This document shows positions 1 through 11,900 of a DNA stretch of 42,399 nt, one piece after another. Each line of letters begins with the position of its first letter. The first letter of the stretch is position 1. The position numbers and the translations under genes are program-made. A model generated the notes under the pieces. The model saw only the letters and a program-made list of their open reading frames with translations. It was not told the origin of the DNA and searched no databases. The DNA is from Fidelibacterota bacterium (lineage in GTDB: Bacteria > Fidelibacterota > Marinisomatia > Marinisomatales > TCS55). Location of the stretch: the NCBI GenBank assembly GCA_027251445.1, contig JAPNQO010000041.1, forward strand, positions 1 through 42,399, read 5' to 3'.

Positions 1-2
1 AA

Positions 3-932
3 AATAATAATAAGCAGGTTGTCCCAGTTTTGAGACAGAAGATGATAGAAAAATCAACTAATGATGATGATTCGAATAGATTTGAAGAATCAAATACAGA
101 TAATTTTCTTGATAACATATCTATGAATGATACTATAGCAGATGAATCAAAAGACAGCGGGTCAGATTCGAGCAAGAATTTATTTAGTAGAATTTTTTCC
201 ACATTTAGGAAAAATGGTCAGGATATTGAATCTATTAATCAGGATAGCGTTGATAAATTATCTGAAAAAAAACTATCAAATAAAGATTCTGATAATATTA
301 AAAATGATTCTATTTCTAAATATAACAAATATGAAGAAAATTATAATTCCAAACCTAAAAGTGTAAAAGAATTATTTGCTAATACGATTCCTAATAAAGA
401 TGCGGTTAAAAATAATGATCGTACAGTTAATTCAAATAGTGTTAATACTGATAAGCAAATTTCAAATCCGAAAAGAAAACGAACATTAAAAAACTTATTT
501 TCTACAAATAAAAATAAAAGTGTAAATCCACAAACAAACACTATTAAACCTAATATTAAAAGAAGAGGTACTAAGCTAGATGTAATTCGTATAGCTAGCG
601 CTGAATATGTTAATCCAAAAGAACGTAGACCAGATAATATTAGTTATGCATTCCCTTCAAGTAATCATAGGGTATATTGTTTTACAGTTGTTAAGAATCT
701 TAATAATCCTGTAAGCGTAAGCCATTATTGGTATAGAAATGGTAATTTTATGGCTCGGGTTCCAATGGAAGTTGGATATTCAAGTTCATGGAGATGTTGG
801 TCCTATATCACTCTAAAAGAAGGTTTTGAAGGTGATTGGAAAGTTGTTGTAAGAGGACCAAATAATGAAGAACTAGAAGAGATTAGTTTTACTATTTTTG
901 CTAATAGAGAGCTTGTAAAACAAAAAAGATAG
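3..932 (+). CDS. DUF2914-domain protein, 5'-partial, with long low-complexity N/S/K-rich region
   Basis: The frame is open from base 3 with no stop before the TTG at 30, so the true start is probably outside the window. C-terminal RVYCFT...VSHYWYRNG...WRCWSY...GDWKVVV matches the DUF2914 pattern as I recall it. Confidence 0.7.
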   Translation, partial: NNNKQVVPVLRQKMIEKSTNDDDSNRFEESNTDNFLDNISMNDTIADESKDSGSDSSKNLFSRIFSTFRKNGQDIESINQDSVDKLSEKKLSNKDSDNIKNDSISKYNKYEENYNSKPKSVKELFANTIPNKDAVKNNDRTVNSNSVNTDKQISNPKRKRTLKNLFSTNKNKSVNPQTNTIKPNIKRRGTKLDVIRIASAEYVNPKERRPDNISYAFPSSNHRVYCFTVVKNLNNPVSVSHYWYRNGNFMARVPMEVGYSSSWRCWSYITLKEGFEGDWKVVVRGPNNEELEEISFTIFANRELVKQKR

Positions 933-982
933 TTTTATTTCAATATAATATTTCCTTTTGTGATTTACTTTGATTAACTATT

Positions 983-1756
983 TTGAGGTGCGTGAAACCT
1001 CAGAGAATTGCACCTCAAACATATACAATTTATGGACTGAATGGAGCCTTAGAAGTTCTAAATGCTCAAGATTATTCAATTAACTATATAGATATTAAAT
1101 CTAGAAGTGCTGCTGAAAAAGATCAGAAAATTAATAGTTTAATAAAAAACTATAAATCTAAAGTTAAAATTTTGAATGCTGATAAATTTTCAATTAAGTA
1201 CAGCCAAATTCGAACCCAAGGTATTGTAGTATCTTTTGAAGGGCAAATAAAGAAAGAATTACCACAGTTTAATAATAATGATGATGATATTGCACTGTTA
1301 CTTGGTGACCAAATTAAAGATCCTCAAAACTTGGGACAAATTATTCGTACAGCAGAATGTTCAGGCATTGATGGGTTAATAATTCCTGATAGAGATAGCG
1401 CCCAGATTACTAATAGTGTATTACAAGTCAGTCAAGGTGCATTTGCTTCATTGCCAATTTACTCTTGTGGAAATGTCCAACAAACATTGCAACAATTGAA
1501 GAAAGAAGGTTTCTGGATTATTGGTGTTGAAAATGATACTAATGGGAAATTATGGTATGAAATAGATTATACTGGAAAAGTGATTATTGTTATAGGAAGT
1601 GAAGGAAAAGGTATTAGACAATTAGTGAAGCATAATTGTGATTTTATAGCTACCATACCTATGCAAGGGAAAATAAATTCATTAAATGTATCAGCATCTG
1701 TTAGCGCAATTCTTTTTGAAAGGCAACGACAAATTTCAACTCAAGTAAAAGAATAA
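983..1756 (+). CDS. rlmB: 23S rRNA (guanosine-2'-O)-methyltransferase RlmB, SpoU/TrmH family
   Basis: SPOUT motifs DPQNLGQIIRTA, VIGSEGKGIR and IPMQGKINSLNVS; N-terminal IYG..A.E substrate-binding region. Start may be the GTG at 992. Confidence 0.88.
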   Translation: MRCVKPQRIAPQTYTIYGLNGALEVLNAQDYSINYIDIKSRSAAEKDQKINSLIKNYKSKVKILNADKFSIKYSQIRTQGIVVSFEGQIKKELPQFNNNDDDIALLLGDQIKDPQNLGQIIRTAECSGIDGLIIPDRDSAQITNSVLQVSQGAFASLPIYSCGNVQQTLQQLKKEGFWIIGVENDTNGKLWYEIDYTGKVIIVIGSEGKGIRQLVKHNCDFIATIPMQGKINSLNVSASVSAILFERQRQISTQVKE

Positions 1757-1757
1757 T

Positions 1758-3836
1758 ATGATAAAACGAAAATTTTCCATATTAGCACTTTCATTGATTC
1801 TATTTATTTCTGGTTGTAATTCTAACAGCAACAAGACATCAGAAATTTTATGGGATAATTATGGAGTGCCTCACATTTTTGCTAAGGATTATAATGAATT
1901 ATTTTATTTGTTTGGATGGGCACAAATGCGGAACCATGCGAATTTAATGTTACGCTTATTTGCTCAATCAAGAGGAAGAGCTGCAGAATATTATGGAAAG
2001 AAGCATATTGATTCTGATAAATGGGTCCATACACATAATATACCTAATAGAGCTGAGGATTGGCTAGAATTACAAAATCCTACATTTAAACGATATTTTG
2101 AAAGTTTTGTTAATGGAATCAACGATTATGCAAATAATTTTCCAGATGATATAGACATTGAAAATAAACCAGTCTTGCCTATAACATCTTTAGATTTGTT
2201 GACTCATTATCAGCGTGTCATCATGTATCATTTTGTAACAAATCCTAGAGATACACAATTTGATCCATATTCTATAAATAAAAATAGAGGTTCAAATACA
2301 TGGGCAATTGGACCTTCAAAATCTGCTTCAGGAAATACAATGCTAATAATTAATCCTCATTTATCTTGGGGTGATATGTTTACTTGGTTTGAAGTGCAGT
2401 TAAATTGTTATCCTTTGGATATATATGGTGCAACATTGGTAGGAAGTCCATTTATAGGTATTGGATTTAATGAATATATTGGATGGGCCCATACGAATAA
2501 TGTCCATGATGGGCAAGACTTGTACAAACTTACTTTAACAGATGGTGGATATAAATGGGGAGATGATGTTAAATCTTTTGATGAAAGAATTATTCAATTA
2601 AATATCAAACAAAATAATGATGATATAAATACAGAAAAATATTTAATAAAAGAATCAGTTCATGGCCCAATAATAAGAGAAGATGAAGATCATGCATATG
2701 CTTTACGTGTAGTTGGTCAAGATCAACCTTTTGTATTTGAACAATATTTTGATATGGCTCTTTCTAAAAACTTTCAAGACTTTGAAAAAGCAATTAGTCG
2801 TTTGCAAAATCCATTCTTCACTACTATGTATGCAGATCGAGATGGAAGGATATTGCATTTATTTGGAGGTAGAACACCTGTTAGGCCAGAGGGTGATTGG
2901 GATTGGTTGGGAATAGTCCCTGGGGATACACCTGCAACATTATGGCATAAAACACATTCTTATGATGAATTACCAAAAGTTATTGATGCAAAATCAGGTT
3001 GGTTACAAAATGCTAATGATCCACCCTGGACAACAACTCTTCCACTAGAATTAAATCGGCATGATTATCCCTCATATATGTCTCGTAATTTTATGCATTT
3101 TCGAGCTCAAAGATCAGCAAGAATGGCATACGAAGATCAGGAAATTACTTTTAATGAATTATTGGATTATAAAATGGATACTAGAATGGAATTAGCAGAT
3201 AGGTTGCTAGATGATTTAATTTCATCTGCGATAGCTTCAGAGGACGAGTTACTAAACAAGGCTTCAACTGTTTTATATGATTGGGATCGTTGTGCAAATA
3301 ATGATAGTAAAGGTGCGATCTTATTTAAAAAATGGGTAGATGCTGTAGGCTTTAAAATAGATAATTCAGAATTATTCAAAATTCCATGGGACGAATCTAA
3401 TCCTATAAAAACACCATACGGAATTAAAAATATTGAGTTTGCATTGGAGAAACTTAAATCTGTTGCTTTAGATGTGATTGATAAATATGATAGTCTTAAT
3501 GTTGCTTGGGGTGATGTATATAGAATTATCATTGATGATGTAGATTTGCCAAGTAATGGAGGTCCAGGTGATCCATATGGAATATTTCGCGTTACTGGAT
3601 ATAAGCCAATCAAAGATAATCGTTATGCTGCAATTGGTGGAGATTCTTTTCAAGCAATAGTTGAATTTAGTAATCCTTTAAAAGCCTTAGTTAGTATTGG
3701 ATACGGTAATGCGTCTCAAAAAAATTCGATGTATCGAAGTAATCAAGCGGAATTTTATTCCCAAAAGAAATTACGTCAAGCATGGAGGACTCGTAAAGAA
3801 ATTGAACAAAACCTTTCATTTGAAGAAAAATTTTAA
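1758..3836 (+). CDS. Penicillin/cephalosporin/AHL acylase family Ntn-hydrolase (peptidase S45), probable lipoprotein
   Basis: ILWDNYGVPHIFA alpha-subunit start; GSNTWAIG beta-subunit start with catalytic Ser; NPHL motif; lipobox-like LFISGC. Confidence 0.9.
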   Translation: MIKRKFSILALSLILFISGCNSNSNKTSEILWDNYGVPHIFAKDYNELFYLFGWAQMRNHANLMLRLFAQSRGRAAEYYGKKHIDSDKWVHTHNIPNRAEDWLELQNPTFKRYFESFVNGINDYANNFPDDIDIENKPVLPITSLDLLTHYQRVIMYHFVTNPRDTQFDPYSINKNRGSNTWAIGPSKSASGNTMLIINPHLSWGDMFTWFEVQLNCYPLDIYGATLVGSPFIGIGFNEYIGWAHTNNVHDGQDLYKLTLTDGGYKWGDDVKSFDERIIQLNIKQNNDDINTEKYLIKESVHGPIIREDEDHAYALRVVGQDQPFVFEQYFDMALSKNFQDFEKAISRLQNPFFTTMYADRDGRILHLFGGRTPVRPEGDWDWLGIVPGDTPATLWHKTHSYDELPKVIDAKSGWLQNANDPPWTTTLPLELNRHDYPSYMSRNFMHFRAQRSARMAYEDQEITFNELLDYKMDTRMELADRLLDDLISSAIASEDELLNKASTVLYDWDRCANNDSKGAILFKKWVDAVGFKIDNSELFKIPWDESNPIKTPYGIKNIEFALEKLKSVALDVIDKYDSLNVAWGDVYRIIIDDVDLPSNGGPGDPYGIFRVTGYKPIKDNRYAAIGGDSFQAIVEFSNPLKALVSIGYGNASQKNSMYRSNQAEFYSQKKLRQAWRTRKEIEQNLSFEEKF

Positions 3837-3862
3837 TTTTACAAACTAGGAGATATTATATA

Positions 3863-4126
3863 ATGGCTAATATATATGATGAAAGATCTGAAAATCATGC
3901 AGGATATAATGAAGGGACAAAAGTTGAGACAACCGTTGATCATCATGAAGTAAATAGAGATCTATCCTCTGGAAAAATATTGACAGTTGTATCTATAGCT
4001 CACTATCCAACTAGAGTTATAGCTGTAGATGAAAATGGACTAGAATGGACATTACCCCTTCATTCTATTAAAGAATATCATGATTCTCAAGCTACGAGTG
4101 ATATTGACGTTAATAATGAAAAGTAA
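3863..4126 (+). CDS. Small hypothetical protein (87 aa)
   Basis: ORF preceded by AGGAG, fills the intergenic gap; no family recognised. Confidence 0.65.
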   Translation: MANIYDERSENHAGYNEGTKVETTVDHHEVNRDLSSGKILTVVSIAHYPTRVIAVDENGLEWTLPLHSIKEYHDSQATSDIDVNNEK

Positions 4127-4184
4127 AATTAAATTTATAATTGAATAATTAAGCATATGTTGTACAGTAAATAAATATAATATA

Positions 4185-4886
4185 ATGAATTTTGAAACTT
4201 TTGGTTTAGAACATAATTTATACTTGATTGGAACATTTACTATCTGGTTCCTCGTATTATTCACTGGAAAAGTAATTCTTAATTTAGAACAAAGACGAAT
4301 TTTTGTCTTATTATTGATTTTTATTACAATTAGTCAAGAGTTAATCGATGATATTTTACGATGGAATGTGGGTATTTGGGATGTTGCAGAAGATCTTCCG
4401 TTACATATGTGTGGAATTAGCTTCTTCACTTCAACATATGCGCTTTATAGTAAAAATCAAACTGCTTTCGAATTATCATATTTTTGGGGACTTGCTGGAG
4501 CCTTTCAAGCTATTATTACTCCAGACCCTACACGTTTTGTAATGGACGTATCCCTTTTTTGGAACTTTTTATCTCATGGACTCATTATTTTAAACGTACT
4601 TTGGATGATAGTGATCGATAATATGAGGTGTAGAGTTGGTTCATATTTAAATGCAGTAATAATAACAAATGGTATACTATTCATTATTTCAATAGTGAAT
4701 TCAATATTGGGTGGAAACTATTGGTTTATTTGTGAAAAACCCGGAGGTGAAAGCCCTTTCATTATGGGAGAATGGCCTTTATATATAATTGGTTTTCAGA
4801 TTTCTGGTATTCTTTTACTAGGCTTATTTTATATACCTATGATAATTTTAAGGAAGAAGGGTAAACAATTTGCTATCAGTTCATAG
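4185..4886 (+). CDS. YwaF/TIGR02206-type integral membrane protein
   Basis: Multiple TM segments, LPLHMC motif, FLSHG, NY.F...KP and WP.YI motifs. Confidence 0.82.
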   Translation: MNFETFGLEHNLYLIGTFTIWFLVLFTGKVILNLEQRRIFVLLLIFITISQELIDDILRWNVGIWDVAEDLPLHMCGISFFTSTYALYSKNQTAFELSYFWGLAGAFQAIITPDPTRFVMDVSLFWNFLSHGLIILNVLWMIVIDNMRCRVGSYLNAVIITNGILFIISIVNSILGGNYWFICEKPGGESPFIMGEWPLYIIGFQISGILLLGLFYIPMIILRKKGKQFAISS

Positions 4887-4901
4887 GGTACATAAATATT
4901 A

Positions 4902-5939
4902 ATGAGTAAACTATTTCTCTATTTTTTTACTGTTTTGGGAGTGTCATTTCTATGTTCATTATTGGAGTCTTTTATACTTTCTGTCTCTCACGCACATATT
5001 AGTCTCATATCGAAAGAAAAACCAGCTATAGGAAAAAAACTATCTTATTTTAAAGAAAATATTAATCGTCCTTTATCAGCTATTCTTAGCCTAAATACTA
5101 TTGCAAATACTGTAGGCGCTGCTGGTGTTGGAGCAATAACTCTTGTTGAGTTTGGTAATAGTTGGGTTGCTATAATGTCTGGAATATTGACTTTGTCAAT
5201 TTTGATTTTTTCTGAAATTATTCCTAAGACTATAGGTGCATTATATTGGAAGAGAATCCTCATTCCTGCAACAATTGCGGTACAAATATTAATTGTGATG
5301 ACTTATCCACTGGTTATATTGCTTGAGCTTATCTCAAGATGGCTTGCAAAAGGCGAAAATAGTGATAAGGTTTCTAGAGAAGAAGTAATTGCAATGGCTG
5401 AGCTTGGTGAAGATGAAGGGACTATTGAAGAAAGCGAGAGTACTGTGATTGAAAATGTACTAATGCTTGATGATATTCCTGTAGAAGAAGTCCTCACTCC
5501 TAGATCTGTTATTTTTGCATTAAGTAAAAATAGTACTGTAAAGGAGGTTCTAGAAAAGCATAAAAATATTGAATTTTCACGTATTCCAATTTTTAATAAA
5601 GGTTTAGATAATATAGTAGGGGTGGTACGTCGACATATTTTATTAAAAAGTAAAGCAGAAGATCAATTTGACGTAAAGATTGGTGAATTAGCAAACCCTA
5701 TTCATACAGTTCAAGAAATTGATTCTGTTGGTGATGTTTTAGATGAATTTGTAAAACGTCGCGAACATATGTTTATGGTAAAAGATGAATTTGGTCAAGT
5801 TACTGGATTAATAACTTTAGAAGATGCTATAGAAACATTACTTGGAGTTGAAATTGTTGATGAAACTGATTCGGTTGTAGATATGCGAAAACTTGCTCTA
5901 GATAATTGGCGAAAAAAGCGCAGGAAAACACAGGAATAA
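4902..5939 (+). CDS. CNNM/hemolysin-family protein (DUF21 + CBS pair), putative Mg/Co efflux
   Basis: SFLCSLLES, LSAILSLNTIANTVGA, SEIIPKTIG, then CBS motifs FSRIPIF and DEFG..TGLITLED. Confidence 0.9.
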   Translation: MSKLFLYFFTVLGVSFLCSLLESFILSVSHAHISLISKEKPAIGKKLSYFKENINRPLSAILSLNTIANTVGAAGVGAITLVEFGNSWVAIMSGILTLSILIFSEIIPKTIGALYWKRILIPATIAVQILIVMTYPLVILLELISRWLAKGENSDKVSREEVIAMAELGEDEGTIEESESTVIENVLMLDDIPVEEVLTPRSVIFALSKNSTVKEVLEKHKNIEFSRIPIFNKGLDNIVGVVRRHILLKSKAEDQFDVKIGELANPIHTVQEIDSVGDVLDEFVKRREHMFMVKDEFGQVTGLITLEDAIETLLGVEIVDETDSVVDMRKLALDNWRKKRRKTQE

Positions 5940-5978
5940 TAAATAGCGGATTGAGCCAACGGAACCAGCGTATTTAAT

Positions 5979-8900
5979 ATGAATCTTTTAATTCCTCGCT
6001 GGGTACTTTATACTTTTTTTATTTCTTTTATTCTCAATGCTAATGAAAATGTTGTCCAGACATTATATTATGTAAACGAGTTTGATTTTACAACTGGACA
6101 TCCTACTCCAAAATCCGAGATTAATTATAAACCACATATTCGTGTAGAGTATGATTCTTTAGATCGTATTATATCAAAAGCTAATTTTAACCGCAGAAAT
6201 ATTATTATAACAAAGGAATCATTTAGTTATGAATATGATTCAGATGATCCTATAGAAAAACGGAATTATGAAGGTGATGATAGATTAGTTAGGAAAACTA
6301 TATTTGGTTTAAGAGGAAAAGCTCCAGATTATATTTCATATGTATACGGTATGGATTCTTTGAAAACCTGGAAGGATGATGTTTTTACTGTTGTCAATTA
6401 TAATGAGTTTGAAAAACCATATTTATTTCAACTATTTGATGTTAATGCAGTTGGTTATGCTAATGCACTTTTAGATTATAATGAACAAGGTTGGTTGACC
6501 AGACAAGTATGGAAACGTTTACCAGATGGGAAAGAGATGCGTTTATGGAACTATAATTTTGATCCAGAAACAAATCTAACAAGGATTATGGAATTTGATT
6601 CAACAAAAACTTTAGTTATGGATATTCTGCTTAATCCTGATTCTCTAGAAGCTGTATATGATCCAATTTTTCCTATTGATAGTGGTTACGTAAACAGCAC
6701 TGTTATATCTTTTGAATTATTAGATAGTTTACATATTGGATATATTACTTGGCGTTGGGTTGGAGGTACTCCCGACTTAGATAGTACACATATTTTTAAA
6801 ATTCCTGATAGTCTCTATCATAAACGCCTATATGATAAATATGATCTTATGTTGGATGATTATCTGATTGATGGAGCAAAATATAATATTGAATTCACAG
6901 GTAAAAGTGCATTTGACTTTGAAATAATTAAAGAAGTAATTCCATATGTTACATACGATATTACACCTCCAACTATATCTATTGGGTCAAAACCTGCCAT
7001 AAATAAACCTGAATTTTATTTCACCACAGATGAACCTTTATCTCAGGGTTATATAGAATGGATTCCATTTCCTTCTACATCCCAGCAAGACACTTTACAC
7101 CTTGTTAATATGAATGACAATGAACTTAAACTTGGTCTAAAACAGTACATTGTTCTTGAAAATCAAACTCCTTTATTAGATAGTGCAAAATATAATTTGC
7201 ATTTTACTGCATATGATCGTGCAAGAAATCAATCTTTTTTTCAAGCAGAAGAACTCATTTTATATGATATATCTCCACCATTAGTGTACATGTATTATCC
7301 ATTAAGTAATACATATGTCAATCATTTGGAAGTACAAGTTGAAGCCAGTGAGCTTTTAGCTTCTGGTCAAATAATTTTAACAGATCTTTCTGGAGTGCGT
7401 GATACTTTATCTCCACATATTTATCAATTGCCAAAAAAAGAATTAGAGCTAGGTCTACATGCTGCTTTACTAGATGAAGCATTACCTATAATGGATACTA
7501 CTACATATAGTTTTAAATATATAGGCATAGATCCTGCTGGTAATATTTCTGAACCAGCAATTCGCGAACCAATTTATTACGATATTTCTCCACCTATTTA
7601 TACACAAATTTTTCCAACCGTTGGTTCTCATGTGAATAATCCCAGGTTATCATTCATTGTAAGTGAAGATTTAGCAGCAGGAGAATTTACATGGGCTTAT
7701 AGAGAGGGTCTTAAAGATACATCTGCACCTCATGTGATTGCATTGATAACAAATGAACGAAAAGGAGATACGCGAACAAATTGGATGTTAAAAAATCAGA
7801 CAGATTTAGTAGATGGTACGGTTTATGATCTTATTTTTATTGGACAAGATTTGGCTGGTAATCAAACGGGTTTTATTACGACACCAAATATTACATATGA
7901 TATTACTTTACCAGTTTTTTCAATTCTTGATCCTATTGAAGGTGCTTATGCAAATTATCTAAGCATATCCTATGAATTGTCTGAACCCTTAAAAGATGGT
8001 TCTATTACATGGACAGCTTTAAATGGTGCAAAAGACCCACAATCTCCTAGAATAATTTCAATGGAATTGGATGAGATGGTGGAGGGTATATCTTCAAATA
8101 TTTTATTAAATAATATGACATCTTTAATTGATAGTGTTACTTATAGTATTGAGATGCAAGGGACTGATTTAGCTACCAATGTGGGTATCCCATTCAAAGT
8201 ATCTGAAGTGCAATATGATTTTTCTCCTCCAATCATTCTTTTAACATATCCTACTGAGAACACATATCAATCAAAAACATTTCTTAATTATCAATTATCT
8301 GAAGATCTTCTTTACGGGCAAGTATCATGGATTCGTCTTTACACAAGAGGAGTAAAGCCTGATACAGTAATTTTGCAAGGTCCTGAGTTAATTGCAGGAA
8401 TTAATGATACAATTACATTTGTAGGTATGAAAAAATTAATAGATGGAGCAAGCTATGATTTAGTCTTTGATGGATATGATCTTGCAAAAAATGATGCAAT
8501 TTCCCAGCGTATTAATAATGTAACATATGATTTCACTCCCCCTGAGATAGAATTACAATATCCTCAGACATTATCCTCAGTAAATAATATTAATATTTCT
8601 TATACCCTTAGTGAATTTTTATTAGAAGGTACCGCTACTTGGAAATGGGTAGATGGCGTATTAGATACCAAAGAGAATATCCAAATCTTAGAACCTTATG
8701 AAAGAGAAGCTGGAGAGAAAAACTTTATCATAATTCAAAATGAACCTGAATTAGTAGATGGTGCGTATTATGATTTGATATTGGCTGGTAAGGACAGAGC
8801 AGGAAATTTATCTAATAAAGCAGTAGCAAAAAATATTAAATACGATATAACTCCTCCAGTAATATCAATTAATAATCCAACTCCTAATATTTTTATTACA

Positions 8901-11900
8901 TCAACTAAAATCGAATATGATTTTTCAGAAGATATGGAAAAAGCTGTTGTAAAGTTTGAATATAGCGGTGGTGATTATGATTTAGGATCTCCGCATATTT
9001 TTAATATTGAAGGTGAAAACCTAAAAATTGGATCACATTTTATTGAGCCAGAATTTATTCCTGAATTAATGGAGGGAACACAATATACCTTAAGTATCAA
9101 TGGTGAAGATTTAGCAGGAAATCCTGCTGATCCTGCAGTCGTACTTAGTGTTGTTTATGATGCATACCCTCCAGTTTTAGCTTTGAATTCTCCTTTACCA
9201 AATAGTTATATTAATAATTCAAAAATAAGTTACTCTATTAATGAGTCTCTTTTAGAAGCAAGTTTAGTTTGGGAAGCTACTGGTGGAGCATATGATCCAA
9301 ATTCACCTCATAGAATAAATTTAAATGAAGATGAGAAAAAGAAAGGTGCTTATTTGGATACTGTTCTTATATCTCAGACAAAACTGCAAGATAGCACAGT
9401 ATATAAAGTTACATTTTTTGGGAGAGATCCTGCTGGAAATGAAAGTAACTTAATTATTAATGATAATGTAACTTTTGATATTAGTTCTCCAATAATCACT
9501 ATTATTGATCCTGGGAATAATCATTATACGCCAGGTACTAATATTAATTATTCTACATCAGAAGATCTTCTCAGTGCAAAAATTATATATGTTGGAACTA
9601 GCGGTGATAAAAAACGATTAAATACTGAAATAGTTATTACTCCTGAAGGTTTATTAGCCGGTATCCATAACTCTGACGATTATAATAAAGCAGATCTTAG
9701 AGACAGCGCAACATATATGATAGGATTTGAGGCAAGAGATTTAGCAGGAAACTATGCTAGGCCGGTTGGTTTATATAATTATCATGTTGATCGAACTTTA
9801 CCTATTATTTCAATACTATCACCAAAATCAAATTCTTATTCAAACTATCCCTTGTTTGAATATTTTTTATCTGAAGATATTTATTATGGGAAAGTGACCT
9901 TTTTTGAACAAACTGACTCTCTTAGTTTACTTCCTAAAATAGAATTTGAATTAGATTCAACAGAATTTTCAATAGGTATTCATGGCTTAGATACCTTAGT
10001 AAACCAATTACCTTTAAAAGATAGTACACTCTATTCAATAGAGGTCAAGGTGTATGATATAGCTAAAAACTGGAATGATACAACGATCATTTCAGATTTT
10101 TATTACGATATTACTTCACCATCTGTTTCAATTATAGATCCAATTGATAGTTCATTTATAAATACGAATGCGGTTTCAATTTCTAATTCTGAAGAACTTC
10201 TATCTGCCGATATGTATTGGGTCAATATCGAAGGTGATGCTGTATCTACAAGGATTAGAGAAGGAGATCTTGTCAGTGGAGAAAATAGGTTGGTGATGTA
10301 TCCAACTTCACTTAATGAAAATACCCATTATGATTTATTTATTATTGGAAAAGATTTAGCAGGCAATTCTTTTCAGACAGATATAACAAATGGTATTATT
10401 TATGATATTACTACACCAATAATTACTTTAAACAAACCAACAGAAGGTGGTTATATAAATACTAGGGCTTTAAGCTATGATTTAAGTGAACCGCTTATAC
10501 AGGCTAATGTTATATGGGAGATAAAAACAGGTGTTGATACATTAAGTCCTCATAGAGCTGAATTAAAAAGTGAAGAATTGACTTCCGGCAATCATGATTC
10601 AACTTTTTTTTCATATATACCTGACTTGATAGATGGAGAATGGTATGGAATTACAATGGCTGGCGTTGATCGAGCTGGAAATCAATCAGAAGTAGTTACA
10701 ATTAGTCGTGCAAAATATGACTTCACTTATCCAATATTTTATGATTTAAAACCAGATGCAAATCAATGGATAAGAAAACTTGATCTAGCATATACATTAA
10801 GCGAAGATCTCATCTTTGGTAGAATTGTATTTAGACATGTTGGAGGTGAGCCTGATCCTGATGGTGAATATTTAGTTCGTTTAGAAGGTAGTAGATTAAA
10901 GGCTGGTCCTGGAGGAGGTGAACTGCCTAGGAGTCTTGTACGTTTAGTCTCAGGAGGTATATACTCCATCACGTATACTGGACGGGATTCTGCTAATAAT
11001 TTTGTTTCTGAGTTTATAATACCCAATGTTCGTTTTGATAACATAAAACCTTTTATAGTTCTTACTGAACCATCTGCAACGCAAACAGTATTTGATTCTT
11101 ATAAATGGCCCTACACTAATTCAGAAAAGGTTAGTTTTACACTTAGTGAAGATTTAAAAGAAGCCTCATTAACTATAGTAAATACAGGTGGAAAAACTGA
11201 TCCTAGATCACCAATTGAAATTCAATTGACTAAAAATGAAATGATAGAAGGAAGTTTTATTGATTCTATTCTTTTTAATTCTGTTAACCTTATTGATAGT
11301 GCTATTTATACTTATTCCCTTAATGGGATAGATAGCGCAGGAAATATAGCAGATGGATTCACAACTTCTAATATTCATTATGATATTACAAAACCTAATA
11401 TAGATCTAATTTTACCTCCAGAAAATGGAGCATTAAACGCACCATTATTATCTTATGATTTTAGTGAAATAATGTTAAATGCTAGTTTGATTATAACTCA
11501 AACTGGTGGACAACCAGATTCACTTTCTCCTCATAATGTGGAGGTAGTTATGTATGAATTAGCTGAGGGAAATGCAGATAGTGTAATTATTACAAATTCG
11601 CCTCAGTTAACAGATGGTTCAATATATAACTATGAATTTAGAGGTCAGGATTTAGCAAAAAATTCTTCTAATATTATAGTATCAAATAATGTGTTATTTG
11701 ATACTACAGTTCCTGTGGTGTCGATGTCAAGACCTATAGATTCAGAAATCCTTAATACTGTTGATGTAAGTTTTTTGAATTCTGAGAATATACATGTTGG
11801 TGATTTTATTTTTACAAGAACAAGTGGTACATCGGACCCTGGATCACCTCATAGAATTTCCGTATTAAATGATGGTCTTTTAGAGGGGATGCATACAGAT

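Noticed and set aside
5940..5978. In-frame TGA (5952) upstream of the giant gene as a second readthrough
   Set aside because: An in-frame TAA at 5940 with no start codon in between, and no Cys-type motif.
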